Source: Eukaryota sp. TZLM1-RC (taxonomy: Eukaryota > Protista > Metamonada: BaSk clade). Taken from it: 64,000 nucleotides of DNA. The translations under genes were made by a program, and so were the position numbers. The notes under the pieces are model-generated. The model saw nothing but the letters and a program-made list of their open reading frames with translations. It did no database searches and was not told the DNA's origin. The stretch covers positions 372,001-436,000 of the forward strand of contig JAUPSS010000004.1 of NCBI GenBank assembly GCA_040285825.1. The letters are read 5' to 3'. Positions 1 to 9,134 of the stretch are shown piece after piece; positions within the stretch are counted from its first letter, which is position 1; each line of letters begins with the position of its first letter.

Positions 1-525
1 TGATATCACCATCTGGTGTTAAACACGGTCATCCATTAGGTCTTTTCTTCTTCCATCTTGCAGATCAACTTCTAATGTGTGAATTAAAACAGCAATACCC
101 TGAAATTGAAATTCTGACTTATATGGATGACATTTCAATAATTTGTCCTCATTGATTTATTGGGATAAAATTCTAAAACTCAACAGAGTTGTAATCCAAT
201 TGATCTTTCTTTAAACATTTTTCAATGTTTATTGATTGGTAGAGAGCCTGTTGAGCTTGTTATTGATTACCTAAGTGTTCATTTCATCAATTATTTTGAA
301 CCAGGATGACGATTTTTAGGTTGTCATTTAGGTTTTGATGATCCCGCAATCAACTTTCATCTCTTGCAGCAAGTTTTGAGTGTGAATTTATCGCACTTCC
401 AGATTCAGATCTTGAAAAACATATCAAATTTTTCATTCTCAAGTTGTTTAATTTCCGAAATTCCAAATATATAGTGTTTATTGTTAAATGACCACCAATA
501 AACAACTACCCTAAAATTGAGGTGT
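1..525 (+). pseudogene. Degenerate non-LTR retrotransposon RT fragment (CRE-like)
   Basis: Translates to SGVKHGHPLG...ILTYMDDI (decayed QGDPL and YMDD motifs), followed by stops and frameshifts. 1-352 recurs at 13748-14099 and, inverted, at about 32500-32845. Confidence 0.75.
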
Positions 526-1065
526 TTTTGGGCTTTATTATTGTCACTTAATTTTGATTAATACCTTCGAAAATCAATAGTATTGATTTTTGGTCCTTCA
601 GAAGAGTAATCCAGAAACTGGTTTTCAAGAAGGACAGTATTCAGAAAAAAAGAAATGAAAAAGCCAGGCTGTATATATTTATGAAGGGGAGCAGGAGTGA
701 AACTGGAGTTTCAATACTTCAATTGATAAAATCATTCTTGCTGAATTGTTTAAATTCTAGAATTTTTCTAATCATTGATGAAACATTTAAACAAACAAAA
801 TAATACAAAAAATGTTAATTAAAATCACAAGAGGCCTCCTGGTGGTTTTCAGCAAGTTTAAAAGTTCAAAAAGGAAAACAATCAGGTTGAACTTTGATAA
901 CTTAGTAATGGTTACACGAAATTATTACATGATCAGAAAATAAATAAATTATTTATAAAGCTGTTCAAATTCCAATAAAAATTTACCATGAGAAAACTGT
1001 TCAATGAAAAACAAACTTTTTCGTTAACCTTAAAACCTAAAATTAAAAATAAACAGTTGTTAAAT

Positions 1066-3033
1066 TAAAACTTACATGTTGTGTGATCAACACCTCATCA
1101 AAAATCCAATAATAAACCAATGATTTTTGTAAGTTTTTAAAAGCTAATGGAAAATAATTCCATTCATTCTAAATCTGTCATTCAAGGTGATTTAAAGCCT
1201 GAAAACACCTGGTTTGTAAATGCACAAAATTGGCTTTATTGGCATTTACCCCCAAATATGCTGCATTGGATGTAGCAAGGTTAATGAATGTATGTAAAAT
1301 GATCCCTCAATAGACCAAATATTGACAAAATAATTCAGTAAATCAAATTCATTGAGTGGTGGTAATGAAGAAATACAATTACCAAACAAAATTAATTTAA
1401 ATTAAAATTGAATCCTACAAATAAATAAATACTTCTTAAAAAAATCTCTAAAGTAGATAAATAGTAGTCATTGATAAATGCTTTGATAACAAGTGGTCTA
1501 GGGCTTTGTCTGCTTTAAGTTTGGAGTGAAATCTCCCAACAATCAAGATACTATGGATAAACTAAAAATACTTCATCCATTGGAAGACCCCAAAAATGGA
1601 TCAAAATTTTTACGGAAATTATACGGAAACTCATCCGTTGATGGCATCAGAAGTATTTTCAGTGATAAAAAAGAGACCACGCGGTAAGTCTGCCGGACTT
1701 TCTCGTATCTCTATTGATCATGTAAAAGCGGCAATTATTTCATCAGAGGATTGTCTTGGTTTATTAACCAAATTTTTCAACAAAATATTGACTGGTCAAC
1801 TCAGATACCCAGAAGAATTAAGAAGTTCTCGTTTGACTGCACTTGTCAAAAATTCAAAAATGGATTTTCGTCCTATTGCAGTCTCTGAGAGCTTACAAAA
1901 TATTTTTTCTGCGTGTTGCTTGAGCAGGTTCAATGAGAAAGCAAAAAAGAGTTTATTACCCTTTCAGTATGAAATTAATACCACTGATGGAGTCTCTTCA
2001 GCGATATTTGCTACAAATGTATTATTTCGCCAAAATGAATCCAATGTTTGTATGTCATTGGATTTTAGTAATGCATGCAATTCACTCAGTCGTTGCAGTA
2101 TCCATGGTGCTTTATTGCAAAATATGCCGGAATTGATGCCGTATTTTCAATCAACATATAGCACATATTCTAATTTACATTTTGGTAATTCCATTTTGAG
2201 TTCATCAAGTGGTGTAAAGCAAGGAGATCCGTTAGGACCTCTTTTGTTTTGTTTATCCATTCATCCTATTTTATTACAAATTCAAATATGATAGATATGG
2301 ATGATGTTGTTCTTATAGGTGACTTAACCATTGTTAGAGAAGCAACTATGTGTTTTAAAGAATTACTAGAATTGGTGCATGAGAAGTCAATTGGATCAAT
2401 GAAGTCCCAGTAGTTCTGAGTTAATGATATTTGAGTTGAGTAAAGAACACAACAAGATAATAATAGTGAGGAATTTAGATTTGAAAAAGATCAAACAAGC
2501 ACCAAACCAAGTCAAATTCGGTGAAGTAAAAGGACTGGCAATTGGATCTTCAAGGTAGTTCAAAAGATTGTGAAATTACTTTGAATACTTGGTCTTACTT
2601 GAAGTAGCAAAAAGAATTTAAGAACAGATCTTAATTGGTAATATAAACAAAATAAAAAGAGTATTAAGTTCGAAACATTTAAAATCAGTAAATCTGGATA
2701 CATCCGATCGATCGGCTATATGGACAATCAAGGTGTCAATCAGCGCGGCCAAAGTGCAGGTATTAAAGCGATTCACTGATGACGTGGTGTGGCGTGGCAT
2801 TTGGTCATTGCAAGAACAAACACCGTATCAAACGGGAACTGAGTGCGATGAAGAGAGAGAGAGAGGTTGAGCGAGCATAGTCTTCTGAGACAACTATAAG
2901 AGAAAACGATGGTGGCTTCACAAAGTCATCATTTCAACAAATTTTAGCAGAAATCATGAGGGCACATGTGCAGTATCAAAGGGCCATTCATAGGCTAGTG
3001 ACAAGGTGTTGATCACACAACATGTAAGTTTTA
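1066..3033. mobile_element. ~1.97 kb segment bounded by perfect 30-bp inverted repeats (possible non-autonomous TIR element)
   Basis: TAAAACTTACATGTTGTGTGATCAACACCT at 1066-1095 and its exact reverse complement at 3004-3033. The same pair occurs at 29834-29863 and 31760-31789. Confidence 0.5.
1470..2370 (+). pseudogene. Non-LTR retrotransposon (family B, CRE-like) RT fragment
   Basis: ORF 1596..2291 has KSAGLS, FRPIAVSE, SLDFSNA and GVKQGDPLGPLLF. YMDDVVL follows a stop/deletion. Confidence 0.9.
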
Positions 3034-3091
3034 CAGTATAAGAATTGCAAATTTGACTTAGTATTAATGACCATTTATACAACATACCTTG

Positions 3092-3445
3092 ATGTACCTT
3101 GTTTTACATTGTTGTTACTTTGATGTTTTTGAGTTTGTTCATTTTTGTGGTTTAGATTCTTACACTTTAGATGTGGCATGTGGTGTCTTAAATTGTTATT
3201 TTGAAATTGTTGAGTTTGATTATTATGTTTATAGTTTATTTTTTCAATCAAGAAGCTGCCAACATCTTCTATCAACAAACCCATTTACTGTTGATTTAAC
3301 AATGGATGGAGATGTTGAAGCAAATCCTGGTCCCAGAAAGAGAAGATCTAGTTTTGAATCAACTCCTCCATCAAAAATTATAAGAAATGCAATTTTTGAC
3401 CAACAAACATCAAAGCGTAAGCTAAAAAACAACAAAAAGCACTGA
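3092..3445 (+). CDS. Short ORF with 2A-like ribosomal skipping motif and NLS-like basic stretches (possible Fanzor N-terminus)
   Basis: LTMDGDVEANPGP (D-V-E-x-N-P-G-P at 3311-3334) followed by RKRR and KRKLKNNKK. Confidence 0.6.
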   Translation: MYLVLHCCYFDVFEFVHFCGLDSYTLDVACGVLNCYFEIVEFDYYVYSLFFQSRSCQHLLSTNPFTVDLTMDGDVEANPGPRKRRSSFESTPPSKIIRNAIFDQQTSKRKLKNNKKH

Positions 3446-3469
3446 ACCGAGAAATTTGTATTGAGAATA

Positions 3470-3917
3470 CAATCCAAAAGAAACTTTAATTCTACTGGGT
3501 GATTATAGTAAAAAAGGTTCCAAGAATTTGAAACATCATAGACCTACTCCAGGCATTGGATGGATCCAATTTCTGAAAATAAATGGTTTTGAAGTATTGA
3601 TGATTAATGAAGCTTTTACTTCAGCAAAATGTCCTGGTTGTTTTGAAAAGGTTGCTACGTTTTTGAGAGTAACAAACCCCAGAGTGTATAGAAGAGAAAA
3701 GACTCCTGTTACTACATGTCATGATTTATTAGCTTGTAACAGTGAGAGTTGCAAACTCAGTAACAAAGGCTCAACAAAGCTTTTCAATAGAAATATGCTG
3801 GCTTGTCTGAATATATTTGCAATTGCTGAAGTCAGAATGAGTGGTAATGAAAGGCCTCAGTATCTGTGTAATAGATAGTTTTTGTAATTATTCCACACGA
3901 AAATTGATCGTGTATTT
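3470..3917 (+). pseudogene. Fanzor1 (TnpB-like) C-terminal fragment plus conserved 3' tail
   Basis: LGDY..PTPGIG..INEAFTSAKCPGC..H.LLAC...C..FNRNMLACLN..G.ERPQYL is the typical Fanzor1 RuvC-II/zinc finger/RuvC-III ending. The 39-nt tail after the stop is shared with the copy at 26370-26409. Confidence 0.85.
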
Positions 3918-5930
3918 ATGGGAATTTCCCACACTTCTTGCTTCACTTTGATGTCTGATATCATTAAACAAGAAATCAACTCTATCTCTGCTAGCCATCA
4001 TACCCTCATTCTCACCAATTCAGGTTACTGTTATGGTTGTGGAAGTAACACATACAACAACGTCTTCTTCAGTGATCTCAGTGATTACCTCCTTCCGATC
4101 AAACTGCCAGTCACTAACATAAGGTCAATTGCAGCTGGATTTGGACATTCTCTAGCATTGACAGTAGATGGGGAAGTCTATGCATGGGGTTCAAATATAG
4201 TTCATGAGATTAATTCTTCAAACAATCAAATTCTGCCAATCATCAACGTGCAATTGCCTTATTTAATTACCCAAGTGTTTGCAAGTAACTGGAGCTCCTT
4301 TGCACTTACTATTGGTGGTTACGTCCTGCATTGGGGTAACGGTGTAGAAAGGTCCATCATTAAAGGATTAAGTAATGTTGTTTTCCTAGATTGCTTTAAA
4401 GGGAATTTTGTTTGTGGAACTTCTACAAATGAATTATTTTTGTATTATGAAAATCAAGCAATTGATACATTTGTTTTGGAAAATGTGGGAAATTTTGAAG
4501 GAAAATCATGTTGTGGGTTTACTGAACTGGCTGAATCAAATATTTTCCACATTGCTATTATCAATCTTGAAAATATTGTTTTTGAAGTAACGTTTAATTT
4601 TCAAAGCAAAACTTGGTCTAATCCTGTGTTTATTCTAGGTTTAAATAATGTAAAATCAATTAAATCTGGTGAAGGATTTTTTGTTGCCCTCACAACAGAT
4701 GGAAGTGTTTTTTATTGGGGTAACACATCTAGATTATTTCAAAATGACGATGATGTTTATTCTTTTTCAGTTAAACCAATAACATCCCTAGAAAATATAG
4801 AAGGTATTTCTGTTGGTCCAACTCATTTATTTGCTTTCAATGGTAATTGTGTTTATGCAGTGGGTCAGAATTATTTCGGACAATTAGGAACTGGTGATTA
4901 CAAGAATGAAGTAAATCCACTAGTGGTTCTCGGGTCAGAAACATGTGGAATCTTTGAGAAATCAACAGAATTTACCATGAATTTGTTTCCACATTTGATC
5001 AAAACTGTCCTTCTAAAAATACTTGATTATTACAACAATAATTACAGCAATGCGAAATTTGTGAAGACGATGTTCCTATCAAAATACGCTCTCAGTAAAC
5101 AGTTTTTCTGCTTTTGTTCTCAGTTACTATCAACTTATTCTTTTAGGAATCATTTTCTAAACATTTGTGATTTAGGTGATATTAAGAATTCAAAAGTTAC
5201 AATATCTTTGTGTACACAATATTTTAAATTAAATCAAGTCAATAATGTTATTACTGATTTACACTTGATAACTGACACAGTTGAACATCTCAAATTAATT
5301 CAAACTAAATGTCCCAATTTATTATCATTTTCCATCTCCAAAGGGGATTCACCTATTGATCACATGACTGATTTTGATTTTTTGAATAAAACAAAGCTCA
5401 GATATATTCAAATCAATTATCCAATACTTGATTTTCCAAAGCTACCAAGTTCTCTGACAAAGTTGGTTGTTAGTGATGAATCTTATTTGTTCAACCGTGG
5501 ACGTATTGACCTATCTTATTTATATAGACTCAAGGATGTTACTGTTAGTGGATTTCATCTATCCAATGCACTGGCTTCTGGTCTATTTTTACTTCCTCCT
5601 ATTGTTTCAAGATTAACAATCGAAGGATACAGTTTACGTTTTGGTGAATTTATTAAATTTCCAATGTTGAAAGAGTTGGTGTTGATTGTGTCGTTTTATC
5701 AAGTTCACAATGTGAAAGAGTCTTGTTTTCCATCTTTAAGTTTTTTACAGTTCAAAAAAATTGGATCTGGTTTTAATGACAATCCTCAGTTTTGCCCAAT
5801 TAGGCTCAATAAGGAGGGTAGGATCAAGTCGGTTGTTAAAATGAAACATGGATTCCTCACAGCATTACTGGCCTTTCCTTATTGGATTCAATATTGTTAT
5901 CAAAAAGAGGTTGAAGAGTTGTTTATTTAG
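3918..5930 (+). CDS. RCC1/BLIP-II repeat protein with C-terminal LRR-like region (start may be ATG at 3951)
   Basis: Intact 670-aa ORF. RCC1 motifs IAAGFGHSLALTVDGEVYAWGSN and GQNYFGQLGTGD; LPSSLTKL-type repeats in the C-terminal part. Confidence 0.9.
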   Translation: MGISHTSCFTLMSDIIKQEINSISASHHTLILTNSGYCYGCGSNTYNNVFFSDLSDYLLPIKLPVTNIRSIAAGFGHSLALTVDGEVYAWGSNIVHEINSSNNQILPIINVQLPYLITQVFASNWSSFALTIGGYVLHWGNGVERSIIKGLSNVVFLDCFKGNFVCGTSTNELFLYYENQAIDTFVLENVGNFEGKSCCGFTELAESNIFHIAIINLENIVFEVTFNFQSKTWSNPVFILGLNNVKSIKSGEGFFVALTTDGSVFYWGNTSRLFQNDDDVYSFSVKPITSLENIEGISVGPTHLFAFNGNCVYAVGQNYFGQLGTGDYKNEVNPLVVLGSETCGIFEKSTEFTMNLFPHLIKTVLLKILDYYNNNYSNAKFVKTMFLSKYALSKQFFCFCSQLLSTYSFRNHFLNICDLGDIKNSKVTISLCTQYFKLNQVNNVITDLHLITDTVEHLKLIQTKCPNLLSFSISKGDSPIDHMTDFDFLNKTKLRYIQINYPILDFPKLPSSLTKLVVSDESYLFNRGRIDLSYLYRLKDVTVSGFHLSNALASGLFLLPPIVSRLTIEGYSLRFGEFIKFPMLKELVLIVSFYQVHNVKESCFPSLSFLQFKKIGSGFNDNPQFCPIRLNKEGRIKSVVKMKHGFLTALLAFPYWIQYCYQKEVEELFI

Positions 5931-6608
5931 TCAAAGTATGACCTCGGATATCTCCAATTCGAAAACAGTTTAAATAGTTGTTTACTTTTAATTGTTGATG
6001 AAAATGACTTGTGGCTATGGACCACAGCCTGTTTATTGTTGATTTAAACAGTTTTTTTATAACATTGTTAGAAAAATAATCATTAAATTTTTCCAATACA
6101 TCTTACTCGAAATTTTCACAAGATATGTATTGATTGTTGTTTTTGTTGAATCTTAATGACAAACTGTTTGAATGGTAAAAAGGCAATTGCTGTGACTTGA
6201 AACATACTCGCGAATTATAGCAATTTCAATTTTGATTTTTAAATCATTTTTAACAGTTTTTTGTATAAATTGTTATTTAAAACAAAACCCTAATATCAAT
6301 TGTTTATTCAATTACTCAAAATTAAGCAAAAATAACGAACTATTTACCCCGATTAGGTCAGTGACGATGAATCTTTCAGAAATAGAAAATCTTTCAGTAT
6401 CAACTATGGAGTTCTCATTATCATCACCTGAAAATTTTTATGTTTTCGGTTACTTCTTCGTATTGGTGCAGTTGTCATCCAGATTACCACTGATAGTGAC
6501 TCCAGAAAGATGTTGTCATGAGTTGAGGCGAATTTTAAGGCTGTTGTTCCATAACATCATCTTTCATAATCAATGATTGTGAAGCTATAACTTTATTGTG
6601 TGTGTTTT

Positions 6609-6763
6609 AACATCAAGAACTGCATAAATGTGGTTACTCAAGCAGTATCCAAAAATCACACAACAAATGATTTGGTTTATAACTACAGTTTAAAATGATG
6701 ATTTTTGATCTTTCAAAATGTATTTTGCTGGACATTTCAACATCAAAAACTGCATAAATGTGG
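6609..6763. repeat. 25-bp direct repeat pair (1 mismatch)
   Basis: AACATCAAGAACTGCATAAATGTGG at 6609-6633 and AACATCAAAAACTGCATAAATGTGG at 6739-6763. Confidence 0.85.
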
Positions 6764-6767
6764 CCAA

Positions 6768-8637
6768 TTCTGCCCAACGCTGCTAAATCAATCATTTTGC
6801 CAATCAAATTACCCCAAACTAATACCACCCAAATTTCTGGTCATTCCCGACACTTTTCTTATTCCTTTATTTTAACATTAAGAGGATATTTATTTGGTTG
6901 GGTTTGGTATTCAAATAACCAAATTTCTTTAATTGATATTCCTTATTACATAGAAAGGGTATTTCCCTTTGGTTTTGAATACATTTTTGCTTTACTAAAA
7001 ATGGTTTGGTTATTGGTTTGAAATTTAATCCCGTTTTCGAAGTAATTAAGTTTGATTTAATTAATATTGTTTATTTAAATGTGTTGGTAGATGGTGATTC
7101 TTTTATTGGTATTGATTCCAAAAATGATTTTTTCTATTTTGATCATGTGGAAAATACCTTGACCAAATTTCCGATCAATAATTTCTTAACTCCAAAAGTA
7201 TCCTATGATCATTCAATCATTTTTGATGGTGATTTACTTGTTCTTGATGTTGATGGAAATGTTTGGAAGTTCGCGGAGGAGTATGATGATCATTATCTTG
7301 GTAATCCTTTTACTAAACCCATCAAAGTTGAAGGTTTGGGCAATATTGTTTCTGTTGCTGGTTATAGTGGCATTTATGCTGCTGTTGATGACAATGGTAA
7401 AGTTTTTGTGTAGGGCTTATTGTTTAGATTAAGTGATGTTTATGAAGAATATTGTTATTATCAACCAATCTCCATCGAAGCTTTCACTAATATAGAAAGT
7501 GTTTCAGTAGGTCGTGAATTCTTGTTTGCCTACAACAAAAACACTGTTTGGGCTTGGGGAAGGAACGATAAAGGTCAATTAGGTACAGGTGATTTGATTG
7601 ATCGACTGCAACCTGTCAAAGTATTTGGATCTGAAATATTTGGATCCATCATTTATCCCAAACCCAATTTTGGTAGAATTTATTTGGATTTAATTAAACT
7701 TATTTATAACGAATATTTAAATCTTTTATTCATGTCAGTTGGTAATCAGCTCTATGTTAGAGCTAAATTTTGCCCAAAATGTTCAATTAGCAAGAGAGTG
7801 GCTCTCCTTGCCAAGGAAGTATTTGGAGGTCACCCAATAAATAATATGGTCTATTTAAAAGATCCTCACAATTTGTTTTTAAACAGCAATGTTTCTGTTC
7901 TGCAACTCCAATTGTTCAATGATTTCAAAGGCCCTAGAATAATGAATAATAAAATTCAACAATTGGAGATTTACTACGATATGGTTGATTATGATCCAGA
8001 ATTAGTAACGCTTTTCCCAAATGTGGAGGTAGTTAAGCTTTTTCACAGGTTGAAATCTAATTTGAGGTTAAACTTGGCTTATTTATCACGTTTGAAAAGT
8101 TTAGAGCTTCATTGTTTCATTATTGTAGAACAATTACCTACTTCACTAGTGAAGTTAGTGCTTGGAAATAATGTCAGGCAAATTGGTGATTTGAGCCACC
8201 TGAAATCATTAAAACAATTGTTGGTGCTTTATTTTGAACTCTCTCACAGAATGGTAAGAGGAGAAATACCTTTACCTCAATCAATTGTTAGAATGGAAGT
8301 GCGATTGATTGATCCTATTATTGTTAAACTGCATTTATCAAACTTGAAAGAATTACTAATTCATTATGGTGCTCCAGTTAATATCACAAAACATAACTTT
8401 CCTTCTTTAAGATTTGTTCAATTCATAAGACCGTCATTGGAAAAATTGTCGGATTCTACTCTATCTTCAACAAATCTTATCAATCAAGGTTTAATTAAAT
8501 CTGTTCAACTAATTAATTATGAATATTTAGTGGAATTGTCCTGCTTTCCGAGGTGGATTCACTATCCATCCATTCGTTGTATAGTGGACTTGTACAATCA
8601 TTATTCAAAGACAAATGAAGAAGATGTGAATCAATAG
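6768..8637 (+). pseudogene. 5'-truncated, frameshifted copy of the RCC1/LRR-like gene at 17823-20042
   Basis: ORFs 6758..7021, 7006..7413 and 7420..8637 align in pieces to the 741-aa ORF. There is a frameshift near 6995 and TAG replaces TGG at 7411. The inverted match continues to ~9117 vs ~17333. Confidence 0.9.
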
Positions 8638-9134
8638 AAATAGAGTCATTTTAATGACTACCATTAACAGGAATTGGTTTTTCAACAAGTGTCTTAGTAT
8701 ACAATTTTTAGAGATAATACACTACAATTTATCATTATTCTATTTGTTTAATAGTAGCTTTGCTTAACTCAATTTGTTCAACCATTACATTTGTAGAAGC
8801 TAGACAATCATTAATTGAAGTTTGGTGAAACGAATACTGAATTGAAAATGGAGCAACAGAAACTGCTTTTTCTTTTGACTTTGTTGTGCTAAAATTGTAA
8901 AACTATTTGAGTTTTTTATATAACTTTTTTGGATGTTTAGAACATTTTTCGTTTCTTCAATTCAAAGTTAATTGGCAAAATTCACCCAACATTCCTAGAG
9001 TCGTTAAGCTTTGGAAATTTTCAAATAAACGGTGTAGAGGAAATCATGGATCACTGAATTTCGTCCCATTAGTTCTTAGTTTATTTTATTAAGTGTTGTA
9101 ATTCTATAAAATATTATCTCGATGATCGGTTATT

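Larger units (their letters stand above)
1..3088. repeat. Left arm of a ~3.1 kb inverted segmental duplication (partner ~29780-32845)
   Basis: Reverse-complement match along the whole length, e.g. 3004-3088 vs 29780-29863 and 560-760 vs 32090-32290. ORFs 1596..2291/2618..2800 mirror 30574..31348/30063..30302. Confidence 0.95.

Noticed and set aside
1596-2291. Bacterial retron, group II intron or DGR reverse transcriptase
   Set aside because: RPIAV and QGDPL motifs, the linked CCHC-RLE domain and the eukaryotic context indicate a CRE-like non-LTR element.
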